A stretch of DNA of 64,000 nucleotides from Planctomycetota bacterium (GCA_050181465.1 JBFXDD010000008.1:64325-128324); one strand, 5' to 3'; shown: positions 18,888-27,394, counted from the first letter of the stretch. Notes: a model not told the origin generated them from the letters alone. Numbers and translations: made by a program.

Positions 18888-20531
18888 TCACATCTGATCG
18901 AGCGCGCGCCGAAGGTCCGCGATGTTGGTGATGAAGTCCTCAGGCGGCGGCGCGACCTTCTCGGACTTGACCCACACCGGTTCGATATCGTCGACTCCAA
19001 CGAAGCGGTACAGCTTGGACGCGGCTCCGCGAGGGTCGCCGAGGATGTCACTCTCGTAGTTGAGGAGCAGCACGTCGTCACGACGGTCGCGGATACCGAG
19101 CAGGAGATCGTTGAGATCTCGGCAAGCTCGTGCGTAGCCCAGGAACTCGGGTACGGACAACTCCAACTTGACGTCCTGCTTCTCCTGCTTTCGCCAGGAG
19201 TGCCACTCGTTGGTCGCCTGCGCCCGCTTCAGCGATCCGAACTGTGCGATCAGATCGGTGCGAATGGTGAGGATGAGTTTCACGTGGCGAAGCGGTCCGA
19301 GCAGCGCCTCCACGATCAGCTCTGCCTCGGCTCGATTCGAGACCGCAGACTTCATCCCACCGGCACGGGTGGCTGGAGTGGCCTCTGCGAGCGCGATCGC
19401 CTCGAACAGGCGAGGAATGTAGATCGGGCGTAGGGCCGGATTCACGTGCTCGCTGCGGGTGTAGACCAACACACCGCGATGAAAGAGCGCGACCGGGTCG
19501 ACTTCGTCCGACAGGCCACAGACTTGCGGATGATCGCGAAGCGCGACATAGGTGACGGTCGTGCCGCTTCGCTGTGGTCCGAGCACGAGGAACTGGGATG
19601 TCGTGGACTTCCCGGTGGGGGGCGATGGCTGCATGTGTGCGGTCGGTGATGGATCCGTGTCGTGCCGAACGTCGTGCGGTACGTATCCTGATGACGGTTG
19701 CGCCGGCTTCCACAGCCGAGGGCAGACGGGCGCCAGCGCAGCGGCGGCGTCTTCGTGCATCTCCGGTGATGGGTAATACCGGTTGTAGAGGAAGCCGTCG
19801 GCCTCCCGGACGGTGCCCTCGACGGCGACGTCGGCACGCCAAAGGCGCTGAGGCAGGCCGCGAGTCGTCACGCACTCGACGTAGCCTTCCGCATGGGGGC
19901 GAATCGAATCGATGGTGGCTCGATCCACCAGATGCGGAAACTCGCTGAGAAGTCCCCACATCGAGTCGTACCGCGTCACGTAGTCCGGAGTTCGCTTGGC
20001 GAACCAGAACAAGATCTTCGGGCAGTCGAGGAGATCGAACAGCTTTGAGTACTGATCGATGAAGTCACGGCGAGTTTCTGCGGCGACTCGGGTCAGATCG
20101 GCACGGCGCTTTCCCGCGAAGATCTCCTGGAACACTTCCTCTTGTCGCAGCTTGCGACCGTCGGGAAGGCTCGTACCCATGATGTCGCCACGATCGGAGC
20201 GCCAGATCGAGTTGCTGGCGCTGCGCCCCGAGAGCACTTGCGCGACCACCAGGTTCGCGCGATTCAACACTTCGAACAGCTCGGGTCGAAGGTACATCTC
20301 CGGTCCGCAACCGCCGATCGCCAGGTTCAGGACCTGGCAGCCGAGCTTCTGGCTCAACAGTTCGGGGAAGGGTGTGGGACAGAAGCGGCCGAAGGTCTGG
20401 GCTGCCCCGATGCAGGCGATGAAGGGTTTCGACAGGTCGATGCGCGGCCCCCGCAGATTGCGATCCACGCCGGGAAGCCGATAGATCTGATAGTCGATGA
20501 CCTCGCGATCAAGGTCTTGGTACAGGGACAT
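18888..20531 (-). CDS. Fusion protein: N-terminal domain of unknown function plus C-terminal sulfotransferase domain
   Basis: Trimmed to ATG 20531 (MSLYQDLDREV). The upstream 165 codons of the listed 712-aa ORF overlap the next gene and are Arg/Pro/Gly junk. The C-terminal half has a PAPS-binding-type P-loop, FLVLGPQRSGTT. An internal Met (AHMQPSPP) could give a separate product. Confidence 0.68.
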   Translation of the reverse strand: MSLYQDLDREVIDYQIYRLPGVDRNLRGPRIDLSKPFIACIGAAQTFGRFCPTPFPELLSQKLGCQVLNLAIGGCGPEMYLRPELFEVLNRANLVVAQVLSGRSASNSIWRSDRGDIMGTSLPDGRKLRQEEVFQEIFAGKRRADLTRVAAETRRDFIDQYSKLFDLLDCPKILFWFAKRTPDYVTRYDSMWGLLSEFPHLVDRATIDSIRPHAEGYVECVTTRGLPQRLWRADVAVEGTVREADGFLYNRYYPSPEMHEDAAAALAPVCPRLWKPAQPSSGYVPHDVRHDTDPSPTAHMQPSPPTGKSTTSQFLVLGPQRSGTTVTYVALRDHPQVCGLSDEVDPVALFHRGVLVYTRSEHVNPALRPIYIPRLFEAIALAEATPATRAGGMKSAVSNRAEAELIVEALLGPLRHVKLILTIRTDLIAQFGSLKRAQATNEWHSWRKQEKQDVKLELSVPEFLGYARACRDLNDLLLGIRDRRDDVLLLNYESDILGDPRGAASKLYRFVGVDDIEPVWVKSEKVAPPPEDFITNIADLRRALDQM

Positions 20532-20560
20532 GGGCAGGACTCGCTGGTGTGACCTTCGCT

Positions 20561-21292
20561 TCAGGAGTCGAAGAAATCGACCCAGTGTTGCAGCTTCGAC
20601 TTCAACTCGTCGAAGTTCGATACGACGTCGCGGAGGTCGTCTTTGCCCGACTTCTCGAACTTGACGGCCAGATCGGCGCGGGGAAGCCCGAGGAAGTCGG
20701 TGGCCTGTGCCCCCGCCGACTGGGGATCCGCCGCCATGTCCTCGTAGAGAACCGTGAGTCGCGGACTGCCGGAGAGGGCTTCCTCGACCATCACTTCCTG
20801 GCGCTCGATGTTCCTGAAGTCGTTGATCAGGTCTGCGAACGCCAGTTCGACCTTGGTCTCGGACACGGGTGGCTTCGGCGTTCCGACGGGGACTTTCCAC
20901 ACGTCGTTCTTGCGAGCGACCTCGTTCGAGACGAGCCGTCGGAGACGATTGCGTCGCAACAGGTGGATGAGCCGGACGCCTGGAACCCCGCGAATCAAGT
21001 CGACGACTTGGGGGTTCTTCAGCCACTGGTTGTAGGTGATCTTGAAACCGAAGTGGCTCTTGCCGAGGCCTTCAGCGATCTGGCCCAACTCAGCGAACAT
21101 TCGGGCGGGATCCTGCTTCCTGAGTTCGATGAGATCGAGCCGATCGGCTGCCGGTCGCCAAGGGAGGCGATCCTCGAGATGCCGTTGATTGAAGACCTCC
21201 CCCGCGCACCCGATCTTGGGGTGGGAGTCGAGCATGGAGACCAGCAAGTTCGATCCGGTTCGCTCCGCGCACGCGATCAGAAACCAGTTCAT
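20561..21292 (-). CDS. Sulfotransferase family protein (Stf0-like)
   Basis: Trimmed to ATG 21292 (MNWFLIACAERTGSNLLVSMLDSHP). This is the P-loop-like 5'-phosphosulfate-binding motif at the N-terminus. 243 aa. Confidence 0.72.
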   Translation of the reverse strand: MNWFLIACAERTGSNLLVSMLDSHPKIGCAGEVFNQRHLEDRLPWRPAADRLDLIELRKQDPARMFAELGQIAEGLGKSHFGFKITYNQWLKNPQVVDLIRGVPGVRLIHLLRRNRLRRLVSNEVARKNDVWKVPVGTPKPPVSETKVELAFADLINDFRNIERQEVMVEEALSGSPRLTVLYEDMAADPQSAGAQATDFLGLPRADLAVKFEKSGKDDLRDVVSNFDELKSKLQHWVDFFDS

Positions 21293-21512
21293 CCTCGGCA
21301 AGCCTACCACCTGATCGGGGGAACTTCGCCCGGCGACCCGAACCCGAGCCTCTCCACTGGGGTCGACGTGCAGACAGGTCCGCAACCCGCGACGACATCG
21401 CGAGTCGGTGGCCGTGAATCAGCGGGTGGAAGGTCTCGATCGACTCCGTTCCCGCATCCCGCTGCGCCAAGTCGCGCCGCAAGTCCTCAGACTCCGACCG
21501 CGAGCCTCGTCC

Positions 21513-22943
21513 ATGCAACCGAAACATCGTCTCGCAACGATCTCCGCCACGGTGTTCACCGCGGCTGTCGCAGCGCAAAGCCCGAGCTTGATCACACCGT
21601 GCCACGACTTCCGCGCGATCGACGCGCAGATGCAAGCGGTGGTCGCGAGTGCCGCCCGAAGCGGAGCCAGCCTGTCGATCGCCCGGGACGGCGAACTGCT
21701 GTTGCGTCGCAGCTATGGGGGATTCGATGAGACGACCCAGGTGGCGATCGCCTCTGCGACCAAGTGGCTGTCGGGTGCCGTCATCATGGCTCTGGTCGAC
21801 GACGGCGTTCTCGACCTCGACGCGCCGGTCTCCCGCTATCTGCCGCAGTTCACCGGCCAGAAGGGGACGATGACGGTGCGGCAGATGTTCTCCCACACCT
21901 CGGGTCTGCCCGGCAACGACCCGATCATCAGCAACGACCGCATCACACTCGCGCAAGCCGTCGACCACATCGCCGCCAACGTCGCGCTGCGCGCTGCCCC
22001 GGGCGCCGAGTTCTTCTATGGAGGCGTCTCGATGCACGTCGCGGGACGCGTGGCCGAGGTAGTCAGCGGCATGGATTGGGCGTCGCTGTTCGTCGCGAAG
22101 ATCGCGGGACCGCTCCAGATGAACGCCACCGACTATCTCGGACTCGGCTCGGCGAGCAACCCACGCATCGCCGGCGGTGCCAGGAGCACACTGGGCGACT
22201 ACGAGAACTTCATGGCCATGATCCAGTCGCGGGGCGTCTTCCGCGGCCGGCGCGTCCTCAGCGCCGCCGCAGTGGACACGATGGTGCAAGACCAGACCCG
22301 CGGCGCGATCCCGGTGTCGGTGCCGCCGACCCTCGACGTCTTCCGCGGCTACGGCATCGGCTGCTGGATGGAGCGGATCGACAATGCGGGCGTGAGCCTC
22401 GAGATCTCCTCACCCGGTGCCTTCGGCTTCTCCGGCTTCCTCGATCTCGAGCGCGGCACTCACGGGGTGTTCATGGTCGAGAGCCTCAACTCCCGGACGG
22501 ATCCCTACTTCGACTTGGTGCGCGCGCTCACCCGCGACCAGCTCCGCTACCGCGGCGTCGAGTGCTACGGCGATTCTTCTCCGGCTTGCGACGGGCGCCT
22601 GCGACTGCGCACCAACGCGGAACCGCTCGTGGGTGAAGCGGGCTTCGCTCTGCTCGGCGATCATGCGCCGGCATCGACCAGCGGCGTGTGTCTGGTCTCG
22701 CCGTCGGCAGCGTTGCCGCCGCTGAGGATTCTTGGTGTCGATCTCCACGTCCCGCTCGGCCCGACCACGATCGCCGAGACGGTCTTCGCGGCGGCGGACG
22801 GATCCGTGACCCTCGCAATCCCGCTGACCACGGTTCCCGCGGGCACCCTGGTCTTCGCGCAACTGGTGATGCTGCCGACGCCGAACTGTGCGTCACCGAC
22901 GCTATTGGCCACGACTCACGGGATCTCGATTCGAATGGATTGA
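21513..22943 (+). CDS. Beta-lactamase-related serine hydrolase with an extra C-terminal Cys-containing module
   Basis: S-x-x-K motif ASATKWLSG. Signal-like N-terminus MQPKHRLATISATVFTAAVAAQ. The last ~125 aa form a separate module. Confidence 0.85.
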   Translation: MQPKHRLATISATVFTAAVAAQSPSLITPCHDFRAIDAQMQAVVASAARSGASLSIARDGELLLRRSYGGFDETTQVAIASATKWLSGAVIMALVDDGVLDLDAPVSRYLPQFTGQKGTMTVRQMFSHTSGLPGNDPIISNDRITLAQAVDHIAANVALRAAPGAEFFYGGVSMHVAGRVAEVVSGMDWASLFVAKIAGPLQMNATDYLGLGSASNPRIAGGARSTLGDYENFMAMIQSRGVFRGRRVLSAAAVDTMVQDQTRGAIPVSVPPTLDVFRGYGIGCWMERIDNAGVSLEISSPGAFGFSGFLDLERGTHGVFMVESLNSRTDPYFDLVRALTRDQLRYRGVECYGDSSPACDGRLRLRTNAEPLVGEAGFALLGDHAPASTSGVCLVSPSAALPPLRILGVDLHVPLGPTTIAETVFAAADGSVTLAIPLTTVPAGTLVFAQLVMLPTPNCASPTLLATTHGISIRMD

Positions 22944-23514
22944 TCGCAACGTCGTCGCAGCGCGTGCCGGCACGTCCGTGCCGATGCGACGCACGCCGAG
23001 TTCGTGCAGCCCGCGCCAGACCCCGGCATGGTCGGGCGCGCCGAAGAAGCGGAGCTCACGCCCGCAGCTTCACAGCGTCTGACCAGGGCCGTGAGCTGCT
23101 CGCGCAGTGCGGTCGAGAGTTCGCCCCAGCCCTTCCAATCGCTGACCTTGGCCCATCGATCGCGCAGAGCCTTGCTGCGTCGTTCGCGACGGCCAGGCGT
23201 GGACGATCGCCGCTGAGGATCACGGTCACCGCACCGTCTCGGCGTTCACCGTCGGAGTAGCTCGAGAGCATCCAGGCGTACTCTGCGAGTTGCTCGCGAA
23301 GCCGCGCATAGACAGCTTCGCCGTCCGCCTTGATGTCGACGAGCAGCAGGAACGGACGATCGCCGTCGAGCCAGCGACCCCCGCCCGCACGCGCGGCCCG
23401 CGCGAGCGGCTCGAGATACATCGCGCGCAGCGTGCGCTCGGCCCGCAAGTGCGCACGCTCGTGGCCGACGCGGAGTTGGTCGTCGACCAAGAAGACGTCC
23501 GCCTCGACGCTCCC
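22912..23514 (-). pseudogene. PLC-like phosphodiesterase (PI-PLC/GDPD superfamily) remnant, 5'-truncated and frameshifted
   Basis: Homology-like segments lie in three different minus-strand frames:
- SVEADVFLVDDQLRVGHE...FLLLVDIKADG...VTVILSGDRP (track ORF 23056..23490).
- RDRWAKVSDWKGWGELSTALREQLTALVRRCEAAG.
- GRELRFFGAPDHAGVWRGLHELGVRRIGTDVP (ends at TAG 22912-22914).
The N-terminal catalytic region is missing, and similarity starts within 9 nt of the MITE boundary. Confidence 0.6.
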
Positions 23515-23696
23515 TAGCCCGGACTATTCGTGAACGTCGTCGCGAGATCGCCGCAGGTCGATGTCCGGCAAGGAGCTGCGTCGGTCGACGACCGAAGCGT
23601 AGCTGTAGCTACGCTGCCAGGGAGGAGCCGACGTAGCGACGCAGACGGGCGCGACTTGCGGCGATCGCAGCAGACGTTCACGAATAGTCCGGGCTA
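23515..23696 (+). mobile_element. MITE-like element, copy 1 (182 bp)
   Basis: Perfect 24-bp terminal inverted repeats: TAGCCCGGACTATTCGTGAACGTC ... GACGTTCACGAATAGTCCGGGCTA. Central hairpin GCGTAGC-TGTA-GCTACGC (23597-23614). TA at both ends. No coding capacity. Confidence 0.87.
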
Positions 23697-23876
23697 CCCC
23701 GGACTATTCGTGAACGTCGTCGCGAGATCGCCGCAGGTCGATGTCCGGCAAGGAACTGCGTCGGTCGACGACCGAAGCGTAGCTGTAGCTACGCTGCCAG
23801 GGAGGAGCCGACGTAGCGACGCCGCTGGGCGCGACTTGTGGCGATCGCAGTAGACGTGCACGAATAATCCGGGCTA
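23695..23876 (+). mobile_element. MITE-like element, copy 2 (tandem, shares the TA at 23695-23696)
   Basis: It lies exactly 180 bp out of register from copy 1, with only a few substitutions. The 3' inverted repeat carries 2 mismatches (GACGTGCACGAATAATCCGGGCTA). Confidence 0.87.
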
Positions 23877-23879
23877 GGC

Positions 23880-24029
23880 CTAGTTCGACGCGGCTTCGAG
23901 CGGTCGCCGCTGCAGGTAGTCGTTGTGACCGCGCAGGCGCGCTGCGGGGTCGGGCCGCTTCGTCGGAAGCGATCCGCACGAAGCCAGCAGCAGGAGTAGC
24001 GAGCAGCCGAAACGGGGCAGCCGGAACAT
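23880..24029 (-). CDS. Small putative lipoprotein (49 aa, below ORF-track cutoff)
   Basis: ATG 24029: MFRLPRFGCSLLLLLASCGSLPTKRPDPAARLRGHNDYLQRRPLEAASN. Lipobox LLASC. About 83% G/C at third positions by hand count. It sits 75 nt downstream of the kinase stop on the same strand. No clear SD. Confidence 0.35.
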   Translation of the reverse strand: MFRLPRFGCSLLLLLASCGSLPTKRPDPAARLRGHNDYLQRRPLEAASN

Positions 24030-24104
24030 CGGGTCGAGCCTACGCGACCCGCTCAGCCATTCCGACCGAGTCGGCGACGCCGTTCACTCTGTCCTCACGC
24101 GAGC

Positions 24105-26567
24105 TCACTTCAGCTCAACCGGCGGCTCCAGCCCTCGGCGAGCGTACTCGGCAAGGATGCGCGCTCGGCAGCGATCGGCGATCGCCACGCCGTCCTTCGG
24201 CAGCTCCGCACATTCGGCGAGCAGTCGGCGATGGAGGTCCTGTGCGATGCCGTCGTCGCCGTTGCTGAGCCGGGCGAAGCCGAGCTCCGTGCGCAGCTCG
24301 ATCATCGCGGTGATGGATGGCACGGGAGTCACCGCGAGGGGGCGTGTGTGGGACTCGATCTCGGCGATCGCAGCTGCGGCGCGGCCGTCGAGCCGCAGTG
24401 CTCGGGAGAGGACGGCGAGATTGTGGATGCGCTGTGGATGCAGCGCCGGCAGGCGAACGGCCTGCGCGTCGACGGCGCTTCGAAGTGATTCGACGGCGGC
24501 CGCGGTGTCGCCTGCCTCCAACTGGATTGCGCCGAGATTCGCCAAAGTAGCCGCGATCGTCGGATGGTCGTTGGGCAGGCGCTGTCGGTAACCAAGCAGG
24601 GCCTGCTCGATCTGCTCGACCGCGCCGCCGAAGTCTTTGCCGCGCGCCATCACGACGCCCAGATTCGTCCGCAGCGAGAGCATGACGTCGAGAGGAGGGT
24701 CCACCGCCTCGCCGCACCGTTGGAGCGTCGCCAAGGCGTTCGGGATCGCATCCGGCGTGCGCGCCGCGAGTCGACATGTGGCGAGATCGATCTCCGCTTC
24801 GAGAGTCGCGCGGTCGTCGGCTCCGCCGGAACGAAAGCGGAGGAGGCGAAGCTCCTCCGCCAGTTTCAGTGCGTCCGTTGCACGACCGCTCTCGAGGGCC
24901 AACAGCATGACCTTTCGCTGCATCGACAGCCGGATCGGCGAGGTCGGCTCCAGTTCGGCGACCGCGAGTTTCCAACCGGCCTCGAGCGCCTGAGCTGCTT
25001 CACTCGTGCGCCCGAGCTTTCGCAGCGATTCACTGAGGGCTCCATGGGCGAGGATGCCGTCGTTCGTCGCTGTCAACCCGGCGCTCGCCATCAGGTCCAA
25101 AGCGACTCGACTGAGCTCCGCGCTGCTCTGCCAGTCACCGTTCGCGAATCGCACGGCGGCGAGGTAGTTCGCGGTGAGTGCGCGCGTGCGCGGCGACAGA
25201 TCCTCCCGCGCGATCTCGTGCTCGAGTTCGTCGCAGAAGTCGGCGATCGATGCGTCGCGACCACTCGCCGTGCCGATGGCTCGCGTGACCGTCGCCCGAA
25301 GCACGTCGACGACGCCCGCGACGGTCGCCTTCTCCTCCGCCAGGGCCTCGGCGTTCCGCTCTGCGGTCGCTCGCGCCGCCCTCGCCTCGGCTTCGTTGGA
25401 CTTGGCGACGGCCTCGGAAGCACGGACGCGATCCAGTGACTTCAAGCTGACCACGAGACCGGCAGCCAACGCCAGGACGACGGCGGCGATCGCGGCGACC
25501 ATCGCACGATGGTGCGCGAGAAACTTACGCAACCGATAGCGGCGCGACGGCGGGGCGGCGAGTAGGACGTCGCCGGCGAGCCACGCTCGCAGATCGGCGG
25601 CGAACTCGGCGGCCGTGCCGTAGCGCCGTTCCCGATCCTCGGCCGTCGCGCGGGCGAGGATCCAACCCAGTTCCCGGTCGCGTTCCAGCGCGCTGTCGTC
25701 CGCACACAGTTCGGCCAGCACCTTGCCGAGCGCGAACACGTCCGTGCGCGAGTCCAGGTCCGGCAGACCGCTCCGTTGCTCGGGCGACATGTATGCCGGT
25801 GTTCCCAGCACCACTCCGGCGGCGGTGCGCGGATCCTCGGCGGCGTCTTCGTCAGAGCGCGCGATCCCGAAGTCGACGATCTTGGGCACGCCGTCGCGAC
25901 CGACCAGCAAGTTGCCCGGCTTCAGATCGCGATGGATCACACCGCGTCGATGTGCGTGCTGGATCGCGTCCGCGATCGCCGCCATCCACTCGACGCGCCG
26001 CCGCAGGCTGATGCGGTGCGCCTGTGCGTGCTTCGTGATCGCTTGGGCATCGGCGATGAACTCGAGCGCATACCACGGCAACTCGAGTGCGAACGGCCCC
26101 GTCTCCTGAGCGTGCACTCCGGCGGCGAGGACCTTGGCGATGTTCTGGTGTTCGAGGCGAGCCAGCACTCTCGCTTCCGCCTCGAAGCGACGCAACCCGC
26201 TGCCGACGCTCAACTCCGGGCGCAGGACCTTCAAAGCCACCGTGCGCGCAGGTTGCAGTTGGAGGGCCTCGTAGACGGCGCCCATTCCGCCGCGAGCCAG
26301 GAAGCGCACGATCTGAAAGCCTTCGATGCGGGCGCCGTCCGCGAGTCGCAGGGATTCGTGCTCGCGCAAGGCACGCGCGGCGGCGGTGTCGAGTTCGGGC
26401 AGCCCTTGGTCGGAATCGGCGTCGAGGAGGCGGCGCACTTCGGTCGCGATGTCCGCGTCCTCTCGTGTGAGTTGTTCGAGTGCGCTCGAGCGGTCGAGGT
26501 CCGAGAGGTCCACCAGGCGCTCGAACGTGGCACGCACACGCTGCCACTGGGTGCCGGTGTCGGTCAT
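24105..26567 (-). CDS. Ser/Thr protein kinase with TM helix and C-terminal TPR repeats
   Basis: 820 aa starting at ATG 26567. Kinase motifs GGMGAVYEA, VALKVL, HRDLKPGNLLV, DFGIA, GTPAYMSPEQ. TM helix MVAAIAAVVLALAAGLVVSL, then a long helical/TPR region. The ATG overlaps the sigma-factor stop (ATGA). Confidence 0.92.
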   Translation of the reverse strand: MTDTGTQWQRVRATFERLVDLSDLDRSSALEQLTREDADIATEVRRLLDADSDQGLPELDTAAARALREHESLRLADGARIEGFQIVRFLARGGMGAVYEALQLQPARTVALKVLRPELSVGSGLRRFEAEARVLARLEHQNIAKVLAAGVHAQETGPFALELPWYALEFIADAQAITKHAQAHRISLRRRVEWMAAIADAIQHAHRRGVIHRDLKPGNLLVGRDGVPKIVDFGIARSDEDAAEDPRTAAGVVLGTPAYMSPEQRSGLPDLDSRTDVFALGKVLAELCADDSALERDRELGWILARATAEDRERRYGTAAEFAADLRAWLAGDVLLAAPPSRRYRLRKFLAHHRAMVAAIAAVVLALAAGLVVSLKSLDRVRASEAVAKSNEAEARAARATAERNAEALAEEKATVAGVVDVLRATVTRAIGTASGRDASIADFCDELEHEIAREDLSPRTRALTANYLAAVRFANGDWQSSAELSRVALDLMASAGLTATNDGILAHGALSESLRKLGRTSEAAQALEAGWKLAVAELEPTSPIRLSMQRKVMLLALESGRATDALKLAEELRLLRFRSGGADDRATLEAEIDLATCRLAARTPDAIPNALATLQRCGEAVDPPLDVMLSLRTNLGVVMARGKDFGGAVEQIEQALLGYRQRLPNDHPTIAATLANLGAIQLEAGDTAAAVESLRSAVDAQAVRLPALHPQRIHNLAVLSRALRLDGRAAAAIAEIESHTRPLAVTPVPSITAMIELRTELGFARLSNGDDGIAQDLHRRLLAECAELPKDGVAIADRCRARILAEYARRGLEPPVELK

Positions 26568-27127
26568 GGCTGCTGCCCGTCGCGAGATGCGAGGTTGGCT
26601 CGAAGCCAAGCGCGGGCGGTGCGCCAGCCGCGTTCGACGGTGCGGCTCGACACAGCGAGAGCGACGGCCGCTTCGGCCGCCGTCATTCCGGCGAAGAACA
26701 TCATTTCCACGATGGCGACGAGTTGCGGATCCAGCGCACTGAGTCGTTCGAGGGCAGACTCGAGATCGAGCACATCGATCGGCGCGGAATCCGTGGCTTC
26801 CAGCGAAGACGTCAACTGGAGCCGTCGACCGCCATCGCGCTTGCGAGCCGATCGCCGTCGGGCGTGATCGACCAGCACCGAGCGCATGGTCCGGCCGGCG
26901 AGAGCGAACCACTCGCCGCGACTGCGATCGTCGCGCGGGTTCAGGTTCGCGATGCGCAGCCACGCTTCGTGGAGCAGAGCGGTCGGCTGGAGCGTGTGGT
27001 CGCGCCGTTCGCCGGCGAGCTGTCGAGCGGCGAGATCGTGGAGGCTCGCGTAGAGCTCGGTGTCGAGACCGTCGCCGCGCGGGGGCTCCGCGGGGCCGGA
27101 GTCGTCTTCGGGTTCGGCGTTCGTCAC
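26564..27127 (-). CDS. ECF-type RNA polymerase sigma factor (kinase-associated type)
   Basis: 187 aa with a GTG start. ELYASLHDLAARQLAGERRDHTLQPTALLHEAWLRI is the hallmark of the Sigma70_ECF (PF07638-like) family. Region 4 HTH: MTAAEAAVALAVSSRTVERGWRTARAWL. Confidence 0.92.
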   Translation of the reverse strand: MTNAEPEDDSGPAEPPRGDGLDTELYASLHDLAARQLAGERRDHTLQPTALLHEAWLRIANLNPRDDRSRGEWFALAGRTMRSVLVDHARRRSARKRDGGRRLQLTSSLEATDSAPIDVLDLESALERLSALDPQLVAIVEMMFFAGMTAAEAAVALAVSSRTVERGWRTARAWLRANLASRDGQQP

Positions 27128-27163
27128 CGCCGGTCATTGTGCCGCCGCGACCGTGCCGTGGAC

Positions 27164-27345
27164 TAGCCCGGAAACTTCGTGAACGTCGTCGCGAGATCGA
27201 CGCAGGTCGATGCCCAGGAAGGAGCTGCGTCGGTCGACGACTGAAGCGTAGCTGTAGCTACGGTGCCAGGGAGGAGCCGACGTAGCGACGCCGTCGGGCG
27301 CGACTTGTGGCGATGGCAGTAGACGTTCACGACTGGTCCGGGTTA
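27164..27345 (+). mobile_element. MITE-like element, copy 3
   Basis: 182 bp in the same orientation as copies 1 and 2: TAGCCCGGAAACTTCGTGAACGTC...GACGTTCACGACTGGTCCGGGTTA. It fills most of the 267-bp divergent intergenic region between the sigma gene and the 756-aa gene. Confidence 0.85.
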
Positions 27346-27394
27346 CCGCGACAAAGTTGTCGGTCGTCGGGCCCCGCCTGCGTCCGCCCTCGCG

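Noticed and set aside
20532-21026. N-terminal 165 codons of the listed 712-aa ORF (18888..21026).
   Set aside because: It overlaps the well-supported Stf0-like sulfotransferase gene in another frame and is low-complexity and Arg/Gly/Pro-rich. A clean start (MSLYQDL) exists at 20531.
23515-23876. Possibility that the 180-bp periodic repeat is a CRISPR array or satellite.
   Set aside because: There are only two units with no unique spacers, and each unit has its own terminal inverted repeats. Dispersed single copies exist elsewhere, and no cas genes are present. The pattern fits a MITE pair, not CRISPR.
23530-23979. ORFs 23530..23853 (+) and 23704..23979 (-) inside the tandem repeat.
   Set aside because: They are translations of the 182-bp palindromic element. 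The peptide repeats with the 180-bp period (MNVVARSPQVDVRQG... occurs twice). Equivalent pseudo-ORFs occur at the other copies (29725.., 27307.., 56890..).
24105-27137. Listed 1010-aa ORF that looks like one giant kinase.
   Set aside because: The first ~190 codons are the kinase frame read through the separate ECF sigma gene (26564-27127, another frame) and are Arg/Pro/Ser junk. The kinase-type N-terminus (MTDTGTQWQRV...) starts at ATG 26567 and overlaps the sigma stop.
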